Of a stretch of 64,000 nt of DNA, positions 49,316 through 62,910 are shown piece by piece. Below the pieces are notes generated by a model. The model was not told where the DNA came from. It worked only from the letters and a program-made list of their open reading frames with translations, and ran no database searches. Location: assembly GCF_018350175.1 (NCBI RefSeq), contig NC_058383.1:30568001-30632000 (forward strand), read 5' to 3'. The translations under genes and the position numbers were made by a program. This DNA comes from Felis catus. Its lineage: Eukaryota. Numbering within the stretch: the stretch's first letter is position 1; the number at the start of each line of letters is the position of its first letter.

Positions 49316-50269
49316 CCACAGACGAACATGACGTCTGTGGTAAGCACCTTAAGACCATTTCCCCCCTGGTGGTTTCTGTGAGTGGCAGCATTCGTGTGCA
49401 CTTCTTCCAGTGTTGTCTGTGAAGCCTGGCTTCAGTCATCCCGTCCCTGTTAACGTGATCTGCTAGGCTCCATCGACAGATGTTTGTAAAAAGTAAATTG
49501 TACATGTCTCGTTGCAGAAGGTTCACATTCCTCAGGCATGTTCACATATTCATTTTAATTAGGCAAATTGATAATTATATTTCCTTGACACATCCTAATT
49601 AAGACTACTATCTCCTAGCAAATAATTGTTTTTCTGAGAAATTTACGACATCTGTGTTGAAAAAAATTCTAAAAGTGAGAACTGTCAAGATAAAATGGGT
49701 TTACAAATTACCTATATCTATTTGTTTTCAGGTCCTAAAGTGTTTTTTTCTTTTTTTCCCCAGTTCATTTTACCACCACAATATGTTCCCTCTTAGAGAA
49801 TAGGGCTGTTTGGTGGTTTTCTTAGAAAGATCATGTCCCTACATATTTTACACTTGTAGCTGTTTCAGAGGAGCCGACCGTATTCACGAATCCTGAATAT
49901 TTCTCACTCCCTTTCTCACGGGGCAGAAAATAAATGGAATCTCCCAAAAAATAATGTGCCCCATGCCTTGCAGATCTCACCTAAGAACTCCTCTCTGGAC
50001 AACATGTTTATCCAGGTCTCAACGGGGCTGAAAATGTTGTGGTTTGAAAAATTCTAACATCAATGAAGAACCTGAAATAAATGCTTTTAACGATGCCATA
50101 CAGTTAGGCCGAACCAGTTATCTCTTATTTGAGAAGGACTCCTGTGACCAAAAGAAGAATTTTGATTATCCCCTCCTCGATATTATCATCAGTCAAAATT
50201 AGTTTATAAAATGTTCACACCATAACACTTCCAAGAGATAAATGAACTTTTATTTTTGAGTGCCTTCCT

Positions 50270-51460
50270 ATTTTTTGTAATAACTTTATTGAGGTACCAT
50301 AACATTCGCTCATTTTAAGTTCACAGTTCAGCGGTTCTTAATAAATCTGTAGAGTGGTATGGTGTCAGGAGTTTAGTATCTCCCCCAAAAAAACTTTTTG
50401 CCCGTTTGCAGTCTTTTCCTGTTTCCACTTGGTGCACCGGAAACTACTAATTTACCTCCATCGCTTTGCCTTCTCTGGACATTTCATATAAATGGCATCA
50501 TAAAATCTGTGGTCTTTTGTGACTGGCTTCTTTCCCTTAGCATAATTTTTTCAAGAGTATCAATACTTTGTTCCTTTTTACTGAATGGTATTCCGTTGTA
50601 TGGAGAAACCACATCATGTTTATCCATTCACCCATTGATGAGCATTTGGACACTGACTGACATTCCCCACTTTGGCCGCTGGCTGTTATAAATATAGCTG
50701 ATATGAACATCCACAAACAAAGCTTTGTATGGACATAGATTTCATTTCTGTTGGGTAGATACTGAAGATTGGAATTGCTGGGTCATATAAGTAACTATGT
50801 TTGACATTTTGAGGAACTTCCAAACTGTTATACAAAGCACCTGCACCATTTTGCATTGCCACTGCTAAGGTATATGGGTTCATATTCTCCATATCCTTGC
50901 CAACACTTGTCATCATCTGTGTTTTTGATTGTAACCAACCATATGGGTATGAATTGGTATTTCATTGTGATGTTGGTTTGCATTTTCCTAATGGCTAATG
51001 ATGTTGAACATTTCACATGCTGACTGGCCACAGTCTTTCTTTGAAGAAATATCTTTTCAGATCCTTTGCCCTATTTCCCACGCCCCCCATCCCGCCCTTT
51101 GGCCCAGTTTTAGTTGCGTTGTGTTTTTATTGAGTTGTAAGTGTTCTTTATATATACTGAATACAGATCCCTTACCCAGTCCGTGATTTGTAAATATTTT
51201 CTCCCATTCTGTGGATTCTCCTTTCACTTGCTTTATGATATCCTGTGCAGCACCAGAATTTTTAATTTTGATGAAGTCCAAATCATCAACTCTTTTGTTA
51301 TCACTTGTGTTTTTGATGTCCTATCTAAGAAACCTTTGCCTAACCCCAAATCATGAAGATTTACTTCTGTATTTTCTCTAAGAGTATTCTAGTTAAAGCT
51401 TGTACATTGATGTCTGGGTTCATACTGAATTAATTTTTATGTATGGTGTGGGGAAGTGTC
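50270..51460 (-). mobile_element. Old L1 (L1M-type) 3' portion
   Basis: Antisense ORF2 C-terminal peptides appear in the ORF track (MDFIKIKN..A.D.IK.VK...TEWEKIF.NH; KCSTSLAIRKMQ..TMKY) together with an L1M 3'UTR. Confidence 0.88.
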
Positions 51461-51498
51461 TAATTATTAGAAAATTTCCTTTTATTTTTTTCTTACTA

Positions 51499-51970
51499 CA
51501 GTAGAAACCTCATAATTGGTCCATGAATAGAAAAAAATGGCTAAACAGGGGAATTAAAAAAATTATACATTCTTTTAACGTTTCCTTTTAATGTAAACTA
51601 TAAATGTACATCCATTTACCATTCTTTTGAGGTCGGGCCAAGGACTTGTCTTGGAGTATGGGTTTACAGATGGGCCTGCCATGGAGCCTTTCTTGCATAA
51701 ACAACACCCTTAATGAATCTTTTCCAGTTTGGGTTTTTTCCAGTGGAGTAGTCAGTTAAAAATCACTTGGAAAGAAAGCACTCTGAGTGAAGAATTCTTC
51801 TGGGTTTATACTTTATTTTCCCTCTAATCTTTTAGACTTCTCTGCGCAACACCTAATTGAATAGTGCTTTATTTTCACCAGCTTGCCTTTTACTGAGTCT
51901 TCCCAAAGCATCTATCTTAGCTTTATTAGAAACAACCCTTTTTACGATTCAAACTTCTCTGGTTTACATG
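51499..51970 (-). mobile_element. Ancient Tigger element with a CENP-B-type HTH remnant
   Basis: TA|CAGTAGAAACCTC terminus at 51497-51511; the minus strand encodes KKPKLE / DSLRVLFMQERLHGRPICKPILQDKSL. Confidence 0.65.
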
Positions 51971-51987
51971 TTTAATTAAGTGACTTA

Positions 51988-52199
51988 GGGGCACCTGGGT
52001 GGCGCAGTCGGTTAAGCGTCCGACTTCAGCCAGGTCACGATCTCGCGGTCCATGAGTTCGAGCCCCGCGTCGGGCTCTGGGCTGATGGCTCAGAGCCTGG
52101 AGCCTGTTTCCGATTCTGTGTCTCCCTCTCTCTCTGCCCCTCCCCCATTCATGCTCTGTCTCTCTCTGTCCCAAAAATAAATAAACGTTGAAAAAAAAA
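51988..52199 (+). mobile_element. Young SINEC_Fc-type SINE with perfect 16-bp TSD
   Basis: TSD TTAATTAAGTGACTTA at 51972-51987 and 52200-52215. Confidence 0.95.
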
Positions 52200-53237
52200 T
52201 TAATTAAGTGACTTAAAAATAAGCATTAGCATGAACGGGTTTGGGGACAAGCGCCTGATGGACACATGGAGCCGGCTTCTTCAGGGACATTGGTTGACAG
52301 TCCACGCCTTTGCAGAGGGCATGCAGAGTGTTGGTAAATCTGGAGGTTTGTTAAGAGAGCGTCTGTTTCCCAGAGAGGACTAACTGGCAGCTTTTTATAT
52401 TTGTGAAGCATATGATTTTTAACTTTGCCAAACCCTGCAATTAGTTACAGGCAATAGCATGGGGTCCTGGCATCCGGAGGCTCCAGGAGCCCGAGAACTG
52501 CTATTAGCTGCTCTTAGAACCCGGTCGGATATGCAGCCAGCCAATCAGGAAATACCAGTTGAGTGAAAGAATGCCCAAAGCCTCTGAGTATTCTTGTTTA
52601 AAAGAACAAGAACAACAACAACAACATAAACCTAGTCACACTAATGTTGTAGGTTCTCGTTTGTAAAACGAAGGCAGAGTGTTGGCCAGAACTGTCTAAG
52701 ATGCAGCTGTGATGATATGTGCCTTGGCTTCATTTACATGAGGGCGGGCGCTGAGACACTTTGGTGATTTCAGGTCCTAAACTAGGAGTTGGGAGGTCCG
52801 AGAAGGGAACACAGCCCTTCTGGCTGCTGGCCCTTTGGCTTCGCCCCCAGAACATACTAGAATAGGCCACAACTTTCCGTCTCCTGCCCAGTCTGCTCCT
52901 TCTCCAGTCTTCCCCCAAGTCCTGTGCGGTCAGAAGCCTAGGCGTCATTGCTGACCTCTCCTCCTCCCCTTCTCTTCACAGCCCTGCCCTGCAACCTGCA
53001 GAGCTCACCTTGGTTTTGTTCATCCGTTCCCTTCCCAGCTCCATGACCCCCAGCTACCCACATCTCTCCCTGGACGCCTCCAGCAGCCTTCTGCCTCCCC
53101 TCGTGCCCCAACAGTCCATTCCCCGTAAAGCATTCAGAGCCATCGCTGTGAAAAGAAAATTGGGCCCATCATCCCTTGACATGACTTTTCCCTGTCCCTC
53201 TCTTCCTCTCTCTCTGGCCTCTTGTTCGTCATGTGCC

Positions 53238-53456
53238 ATTTTTTGTTTTTTTTAATGTTTATTTTTGAGAGAGAGAAAGAGAGACAGAGCATGAGTCGGT
53301 GAGGGGCAGGGAGAGAGGGAGACACAGAATTGGAAGCAGGCTTCAGGCTCTGAGCTGCCAGCCCAGGACCCAACGTGGGGCTCGAACTCATGAACTGTGA
53401 GACCATGACCTGAGCCAAAGTCGGACGCTCAACTGACTGAGCCACCCAGGTGCCCC
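53238..53456 (-). mobile_element. Can-SINE (antisense in CPPED1 intron 1)
   Basis: Reverse-complement tail, GA tract and head. Confidence 0.92.
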
Positions 53457-55098
53457 TCTTCAGGTACCGTTTTAAAAGAAACCCGTGCTGATCCTACCAT
53501 TTTCAGTTAGGGCCCTGTTACTCCCCTTCCCTCATTCTTTTCCTTTACCACACTTATTACAACTTAACAGTTGTGTATTTATTCCTGTGACTTTCATGTC
53601 TTTTCATGCCTCTAGACGATAAATTCCTGGAGGGCAGGAGGCCCAGACCTAGGATAGTGTTAGGAGTGGTGGCCACTCATTGACCATTCGTTATATAAAT
53701 AAATGAGTAAATATGAACGAATACACTATCCCTTTGATCACGTTCCTGTGTCTGCCTAACCCATTGCTTCCAGCACGTATCCTGGAGGATACATGGTTCT
53801 TTTACCAAAGAACCAAATCAAGAGGATCCCTTGCAAACCACCCTACGTGGCCCTGAGGTTTGTGCACTGCTCACAAGTGTCTGTTAAAGGAGGTTCTTGT
53901 TACCGGCTGGGCGCCCTCTCGGGGCTGCGTCTGCCCTGAGGAAGGCTCGCCTTCTGCATCCAGAGCCTCTGTTTGCCCAGCCTTGTGCCTGCAGGGCGCT
54001 TCGGCCCAGAGACAGCGCCTTCTGCCCCTTCTCCCCGAAGCACCACCCGGGCCAGCGGCCACCTGCCTGCTTGGCAGGGGAACATGGGTGATGGTAGGAA
54101 GCAAGTCCTAGCAAACACCCACCCCCAAAAGGCAAACCCCAAATGGGGTTCTGCTTTGGAAAAGAGGGGAGGTTCGGGAAATGCCTTTCCCCCCTTTAGC
54201 CGTTGGCCAGAACAGCATCGGCCAAAGACAGTGGTGCCGAAAGCCACCTGGCCAAGGAGTCCTGGCCTGTCTGCCTTTTTACTTCTCTGAAGGGTTGCAG
54301 ATAAAGATTTTGCCAGGTCCTTTATCCCCAAATGGCAAATGTGGCAGCCAAGCTATGACTCAGAAGCTTTTGTGTGTCTCACAAAGTACCTTTGAATGCA
54401 TTTAGGCAAAGAAAAGAGAGGTTGGATAAATTCACCTTGCTGCTTAGGAAAAGTCATATGGAGACTCTGAGGATGTGGCTGTCACAGTTAATTATTTGGG
54501 GGAAGAGGGAGCCCCGAAGGGCACCATTATTTTTAATAGCTTCGCATACCATACGGTTCACCCTTCTACAGTGTACAACCCAATGGCTCTTAGTCTGTTC
54601 AAAAGAGTTGCGTAACCATCGCCACAGTCGATTTTGGAATATTTTTATCACCCCAGAAAGAAACCCCACACCCCTTAGCTCTCACCCTACCCCCCACTCC
54701 AGCCCCGGACAACCACTGATGGATGACGCTATTAAATGGGGTGTAAGTCCTGGCAGGCTTCCAGTTGGGACATTTGGGTTGTTAAGCCCGAAAGAGTCCC
54801 GAGGTGGTAAAGATTGCTTTTCTCCTATTGTGTTGTTGTTGTTGTTGTTGTTGTTATTTGTAACCGCTGAAATAAGATTAATCCTCAGAGAAGATGAGGG
54901 GTGTTGCTGAAGACATTTAGGTTGTGATTCACTGTGCAGATGGCTACCATGAGAAACTGTAAAAATTGCATTTCGTTGGCATTTGCTCTTTAGCCAGAAA
55001 GCCTCCAGACAGCTGTAAAGCTGCCCATCTTTGCTGTTTTATAACCAAAGCAGTATCTCCAGTATGTGGAGGACAGGTTGTTAAGACCAAAGCATGTA

Positions 55099-55133
<35 letters not shown>

Positions 55134-57741
55134 CTGTATCATCAGATATTTTCTGTGCCCCACTATGTGCTGTGGGGGGTAAAGAGATGGGTAGGATTTT
55201 GTTGGTTTTGTCTCCACTAAGACAAGGGTAGGAGTTACCAAGAATAACAGTCGTGGTAACACAAGCTCATCGCTGACTGCTTACTGTGTGCCTGGCGCAA
55301 ATGCTTTACATGTATTAACGCCCTAATTCTTCACAACAGCCCTTTTGAGGTAGGAGTGATATTCTTACTTTACAGGTGAGGAAACCAAGGCCCCGAGAGG
55401 TTAAGAACTTGCATCGTGCGACATGGGTGGTAGAGGGTGGAAATGAGGTTTGAGCCTGGCACACGGGCCTCCGAGTCTAGGCTATGCTGGCACCAGGTGA
55501 GGGCTTTGGGAGGTGGAGGCCCGAGTGGCACCTAGGCTTTACGCCTTTGCCCATGCCCACATGTCTTGGTGTGATCGGTCCCCTGCCCTCCGTTCACATC
55601 TGCCCCTGGTGTCAGGGCCTGTCCTTGCCTGGGGTGTGTGCCTACAGCTACCCTGCATCTGGCTCTGGTCGTCATTCACACCTCAGCTGTCATGTGGCCT
55701 CACTGCTTCATCCAGCCACAGCCCTCCCACCCAGCAGTCACTCTTCTCCGTGACCGCGCACCTCCCCGCTACTGTGTAAGTTAGTCTTAAGGAATGGGAC
55801 CTGCGGCTTTGCTCGCAGCTGAGTGTCCAGCGACGCGTGTGGCCCCTGTCACGTAGCGGGCACTAGGACAACCTGCTGAAGGCGGGGGGGACGGAAGAGC
55901 TGTGCCTGCTTTTGCAGCGGAGGGAGGTAGGCTTTGGTCTGGGCCAGGAGGGGAAGTGGAGTCTTAGCTGGAAAGGTTAGTAGAAGGGGAGCATCGCCCC
56001 AGGAGGGAGGGGCAGCGTGGCGTGTGTTTGAGGAGCAGATGGGGGTCTGTCGGGAGCGGGGATGGGGGTGGGGGGAGAGAGACCCTGTGGCATATTTGGT
56101 GTTGGGTTTCTGGATGTCTGCGTGTTGGCCTTAAGTCTGGACTACTGATGTAATGTGGGATGTCATGCAGCGTCCCTGGCCTCCCTCCACCGAGTGCCAG
56201 ATGCCCCCAGGGGATCAAAATCATCCCTGGGTGAGAGCCACCCGTGTAGTGGGAGCAGTGGGCAGTTTAGCTGGGAGACTCTCACACTGTGACCCAAAGT
56301 GCCTAAGTGTCTGAGCCAGAATGCACGAGGATCCATTGACCTCTTCATTTATCCCTTCACTGAATGTTTGTTTACTGAGTGCCCCTCACATGCCAGCGAC
56401 CCAGTGATACATGCTGACACTATGCTGGGAAGGGAACACGAATGTGGGCCTTTCCTCGTGGGGGTTGGAGCATAGTGACCCTTCAGCAAGGGAGCTTGGT
56501 GATCAGTGTTTGTGTTTTAGGAAGAGTCACAGTGGCAGTCAGCGCGGGAAGCACTGCGTAGAGCTGTCCTGGCGGCTCCGGGGGGAGTGGTGGACCCTGA
56601 CCCAAGGTGCTAGGGCCGCGGAGGTCAAGGACGTGCTGAGGAGCGTTGCAGATGTGGGTGCATCCACCCGGCAGCTGCAAGGGCCCAGTAACACCCGACC
56701 GTCTCATCTTTAGATAGGTGGACTGGGGACCATGGTGGCAAGCTCAGGGCCATCAGGGTAAGAGGCCAGTCTTGAAGGGAAGGTGATGAATTTGCTTGTG
56801 GGAGTGTTGTAAGGTGCTGATGGCACGAGCCGGAAGCTTGGACGTATCCAGGAAAGCAGACCTACTACTTTCTCCTCACTCTTTTAGCGAGTTCTATGGC
56901 TTTCTCGTCAAATGGAGAAATGTGGCCCCTCTGGGCCCAGTTCGTGTATGATACTGAGTCCGAGAAGTTAACAGGAGCCCAGACATCAGACTTTTAAATA
57001 GTCTTAGAGTGTAGTGATGTGGTGTCATAATCATCAGACTTCTTAACCAGGATCTCCCAAAAAGCAAACGAGATTTAGAAAATGAGACTTCACTTGATGA
57101 AAATTAAGTTGCCTGTGAAGTAACAGGTGTAGCACCTCAGGAGAGCACAGATTGTTACAGTGTTGGGTTATTAATTAACGGCACGACCACCTCGTGTAGG
57201 CCTTTTCCTGGTAGGGTGATGAAAATAGTGATTCATTTGCTTTTGGGATGCATTTATTACAGTTAGTCATTGATTAACCGGCAATGGTGAACGGATCAAT
57301 GCAGTTTCTAATTCTTGGTGTATGTTAAAAAGTCAGCTTTCATTAACAGCTGACAAATATGCCTGAAAGGTATAGTAAAAATGAGGGACAGGGAAACGTA
57401 TTGGCAGAGACAAACCCAAGGCGACATTTAGTTGCCGATGTTAAAAGTGCCAACTGCAAAGAGCATTTGCAGACTGAGTGCCTTTCTGGTGGGACACCGG
57501 CGTGTAAACAGTCTCAGAGGAAGGATTAGTGCTAAGGCATTGTGTGGGTTTTTAAAGGTCTTTAAGATTCTACGACGTGTGCAGTTGCTTTGCACCCAGT
57601 AATGCTTAGAGAAGAGTCCCTGGCTTCTACTGTCTATGGTTTAATACCACCCAAATCCACTGTCTTTTTATTCCTCACTGTTGAAAGGCGGTTTTCTGTG
57701 ACAGTCTCTATCAATTAGCAGAAATCAGGAAGTGGTCAAAT

Positions 57742-58280
57742 CTTTTTTTTTTTAATTTTTTTAATGTTTTTATTTATTTTTGAGACAGAGAGAGACAGAG
57801 CGTGAGCAGGGGAGGGGCAGGGAGAGAGGGAGACACAGAATCTGAAACAGGCTGCAGGGCGCGACACGGGGCTCGAACTCACGGGCCGTGAGATCATGAA
57901 CTGAGCTGAAGTCAGACGCTTAACCCACTGAGCCACCCAGGCACCCCCATGGAAGTGGTCAAATCTTGATACTCTGTGTACAACGGCTGAAGCACATTTC
58001 TCCCTAAGGCCAATTTTTCCTTTACGAAGGTGTTTTTAAATTAGTTTATGTTTTTGGGGCGCCTGGGCGGCTTAGTCGGTTAAGTGTCCGACTTCAGCTC
58101 AGGTCATGATCTCGCAGTTTGTGCGTTCAAATCCCACGTTGAGCTCTGTGCTGACCGCTCAGAGCCTGGAGCCTGCTTCAGATTCTCTCTCTCCCTCTCT
58201 CTCTGCCCCTCCCTGCTTGTGCGCGCTCTCTCTGTCTCTCAAAAATAAGTAAACATTAAAAATATATGTATATATAAAAT
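57742..58280. mobile_element. Inverted pair of Can-SINEs (57742-57948 -, 58056-58280 +)
   Basis: The first copy has TSD GGAAGTGGTCAAATCTT. The heads are ~108 bp apart and point away from each other. Confidence 0.92.
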
Positions 58281-61200
58281 AAAAATTAATTTAGATTTTT
58301 AAAAACTAAATTTTAAAATTAATTTGGTTTAGGCTCTGGTCCTATTTATCATGGTAACTCAGAGCTTGTTTTTTTCTGGCATATTGTTTGGACAGACCTT
58401 GGCACTTCTGGCTACATGTCTTCTCTATAATCTCACCTGTGTGACCACCTGCCCCGCGGTTAGGGTTCTGTGGCACGATAGGCCCGGTTCTGCCTCTCAG
58501 CCCTCGTTAGAGCTTGAGTAAGTTACCTAACCTTGACCTTGCTGAGTCTCCTCATCCGTACCTCTAAGCAAAATGGAAGAGTTACCCTAGATACAGGCCA
58601 AGTGTGGGCTGAGTGTGGCCCATGGTGAACTCCAGAGCACACACCTCCTTTGATGGGAACTGCTGCTCCGCCCAGCCAGTCAGCATACTCCACTTGGGCC
58701 TGCTTTGGCCACATTTCCCAAGAGAATCCAGAAAAACAGGTATCTATAGGAAACTCATGAATTTAAAATGTTGGCAACACATTCAAAATTTTATAACTAC
58801 TACGTGGGCCAAACAAAACACATGTGCTAGCCAGACCGCATCCAGAGACCCGGGGTTTGTCATCTCTGGAGAAAATCACCAATTAGCATCCCATAGAAGA
58901 TGGATGTTCCGGGCTCGAGCCTGTACCCTGAATCAGCCCTGTGCTACTGGCAGGAACTGTGAGCATCACGGCCTACTGGGGAAAAGCCTGCCAGCATCAT
59001 CTCTGTGTACGGTTTTCTTATTTACCAAGATGTTCCATTCAAAGGAAACTTTTTGGAGATAAAAATGTCTTTATGGAGGTGGACAGCTTGCAGCAGCCCA
59101 GGACACATTCCATCTCCTTTTTGGCTCTGTCCTCTCCAAGCCAGCCCCACAGCACTGAGATCCTGGATAATAGAAGCTGCTGCTCATTAAGCGTGTGGTC
59201 TTGAACTTGAACCATGACTGAGACTCCTAGCCAGGCCTCAGTATCCCCTGTTGGTTAAATGAGGGGGTTGGTAATTCTGCAAGTCCTTCCCACACTGAAA
59301 ATTTCCAGTACTTTAGTGGGCAAAGGATGGCTTCTATAAGGTAAGCCTTCAGCCTCCCGGGGATGGACTCCAGTAAATGGGCTCACACAGCTCAGTGCAG
59401 GAGGGTCAGATGTAAACGTGTGGTCATGTGAGGCTAGGCCTTGTTCAGTATCACCCTCTGTGGCAGACAGACTCTCAGATAGTCCCAATGATCCCCACCT
59501 GCTAGTATTCGTGGCCTCTGTGATCCCCTGTCCTTGAGTGTGGGCTGGCCTAGCAACTTGATTATAATGAATAGAACACAGCAGAATGATGGAATATCGC
59601 TTCCATCACCAGGTTACATAACTTCCTTTGCTGGCAGACCCTCTCCCTTGCTGGCTTGATGAAACAAGTTTCCATGTTACCAGCTGCCAGCTTGGAGAGG
59701 CCCACCTGGCAGGGAACCGAGGGTAGCTTCTGGTCCACAGCCAGCAAGGAATCTAGTCGACAGCCCCATAAGTGCACTTGGAAGCAGATCCTGCCCCGTG
59801 TGAGTCTCCCCATGAGACCTCCCTGCTGGCTGACACTATAATCGCAGCTTGTGAGAGACCCTGAGCAGAGGACCCAGCTAAGCCCCGCCTTAGAACCCCA
59901 CCCCACAGAAACTGAGATAATGAATGTGTAGTTTCAGACTACTACATCTGTGCTCATTTGTTACAATAGCATCAGCTTCTACACCAGCTTTTCGAATTTG
60001 TTACACAAATTAACATTGAAAAAATTCAGTTCCCCGTGGACATTCTTATTTATATTCAGGTGTTTTAGTTAAGTACATGCATGTTTTATGATGTATTGAC
60101 AGTAAGTACCCTATAGACATTACTAGAAGGTTGTGTCAGATGTTTCTGAAGATTATAGTCTTGTTTGGTACCACCTAGGTCAAGTATGAGGTCTTAGTTT
60201 AATCAAGTTCCTTTATTCTTTAATGCATTCATTCTACAAATACTCAAAATTTGACCTTGGCCTTATCATACTCACCAATTAGGGTCCCTGACTGCATTCT
60301 TCTATCGATTGTGGAAATTACCTGAGCTGGACACAGACAGGGACCTAAAAATGAATTGCAAAATATGCAAAAACAATAATAATTCCCCCAAGCCATTATT
60401 TCAGTAGAGGGAAACAAAAATCACTTTGCACCTGTTTCTGATCAAACACATTTAGGCAGTTCAACCTATTAGTTACAGGTCAGTGCTTCTCAAACTTGGA
60501 CTTGCATACAGATCACGTGGAGATTTGTTAAAATGCAGACTCTGCCTCAGTAGGCAGTAGGCCTGGGATGGGCTCCAGAGGCTGTCTTTCCAGCAGGCTC
60601 ACAGGTGCTGATGCTGAGGTGTAGGCCCAGCCCTGCCTTTCACGCCCAGTGTGGCATGCTTCATGGAGCTCTCCTGTCATATGCACCTTCTCTCTCTTCC
60701 CTCAGCCTCCACTTCCGGCACTTGTGCTCCTCTCGGGGCGTGGGGGGGCTATCAGGCATTTCAGTACATCTGACCTTCTGTGGCTCGAACTGCCAGAACA
60801 GCGTTTTCGGGGAGTCTAAAGAGAGAAGCTGGACTGTGCCAGGTCCAGACCTCTGCCCCGCAGGGGATGGTGCGGCAAGCTCTCCCTGGCTCTTGTAGAT
60901 GTCACCTGATACCTGTGCCCGCCCCTGGGTGTGACTGTAGACTTTGGCCACATCCTTTAAGGCAAGTGTTGTTAAGCATTCAGATTCGTAATAGAAATCT
61001 GTCCCTGGTGAGGGATGGGGGAGTTATAAATTTATACCTTGTTACATAGTGAGCTGTCGTCATTTCAGGTCAGATCTATTTATTTTGTACCTTGTCCTCA
61101 TAAAGTTGAGAGTCTAAGATTTTACTAAGTAAACAAATAATAATGGAAGATTTGTTCTAATATCTCCAAGGACCTTCGAGATGATGACTGTTTTGTTGTA

Positions 61201-61549
61201 GGAAACTATATTTGTTAAGACGCTTGCTGTAGAAAACTGTGTATAAATTCTGTTGGTTACAGAATGTTGGTTTATGCACCAGCCTTGGGGTGACGATCCC
61301 CTCCCTGATCTGGTTCTGATTCATCTGTCCAGTTTAAACAACTCTGCAGTCTGCCTCAGAAACAGGAATGTAGCTAAAAGCATTCAGTGTGAAAAGGTTA
61401 TTATTCAAGGAAAATAAATGATTGATGCTAACAATTAACTTTAAAACACAAATGGGAATCTCATTTTTTTTTTCATGACCCCAGCCTTCACCTCTTGAAG
61501 AGAAGTCTTGCTGACTCTGTGTCTTTAATGCCTGATCCCTCAGGATCTA

Positions 61550-62910
61550 TTACTACTTTGTAGCAGATGTCCCTGAAACTTGGCAGCTTGAAACCACAAA
61601 TTTTCATTGTCCTCTCACAGTTTCCATGTGGAATCGGGGCACTGCCCGGCCGAATGGATCCTTCTGCAGCAGCGTCTCCCCCAGCATTCACGCATGGTGT
61701 CAGCTGGGGCTGTGGTCTCATCTGACGGCCCGACTAAGGGAGAATCCCTTTTTCCCAGTTCACTCACGTGCTTATTCGCAGGACTCCAGTCCTTTGGGTT
61801 GTTGCATGGAGGGCCTCTGTTCTCCATGGGCTGTTGCCTCAGTTCCTTACTATGTTGGCTTCTCCATAGGGCGAGTCACTGTGTGACAGCCTTTTTCATG
61901 CAGGGGGAGGGCTGCGAGAGAGAATGAGCAAGATGGAAGTCATGGTCTTTTTCTAGCCTACTCCCTCCCTCCCTCTCTCTCCCCTTCTCTCTCTGCCTCC
62001 CTCCCTCTGTCTCTCCCTCCCTCTCTCTGTCCCTCCCTCCCTCACTCTCTCCCTCTCCCTCTCCCTCTCTCTCTCTCTTTTTAGCCATTTTTATTGAGGC
62101 ATGGTTGACCTGTAAAAAGCTGTATATGTTTAATGTGTACAACATTCCCCAAGAGTTTGGGGATAAGTACACATCTGTGGAACCATCACTACCATCAGGG
62201 TCATAAACATACTCATCTCCTCCCCAAACCTGTATAATCTTTATTATTATTATTATTATTATCATTACCTTTATTATTATTACCTTTATTACCTTTTATT
62301 ACCTTTAACCACTTTATTACCTTTATTATTATTGTTATCATTACTTGTGTGTATACTAAGAGTACTTCACATAGATTCTACCTTTGTAGCAAATTTTAAG
62401 TATAATTAGCTGAGGGCATGATGCTGTGCAGTAAGTCTACAAGACTTCTTTATCTTGTCGAACTAGAACTTTGTACCCTTTGGCCATCACCTCCCCCATT
62501 TCCCCTAACCCTCAGCCCCAGGCGTCCACCATTCTACTCTCTGCTTCTATGAGTTTGTATTAGAAGCCACATATGAGTGAGATCAGACCGTATTTGTCTT
62601 TCTTTGGCTGACTTCTATCAGCTAGCATAATGCCCTCTAGGTCCATCCATATTATTTCAAGTGGCAGGATTTCCTTCTTTTTTAAGACTGAACAATAGCA
62701 CATCGTACATATATACCACATTTTATTTATCCGTCCGTCCATTGAGGTACATTTAGATTGTTTCCCTATCTTGATATCACCTAATCCCTGAAGGGACATC
62801 CCATCGCTGTGTTCTGCTTATTAGAACAAAGTCACAGTTGAGGGGATTGCACAGGGACGTGACTGTCACAACGCAGGGATGTTTGGGACCTTCTTGGAGT
62901 CTTTCTGCCG
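61550..62910 (-). mobile_element. MLT1-like LTR interrupted by an L1M 3' end (~62080-62775)
   Basis: MLT1 motifs at 61550-61950 and 62790-62910. The L1 antisense peptide (MDGRINKMWYICTM.Y.SVLKKKEILP...WMDLEGIML) lies in between. Confidence 0.75.
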
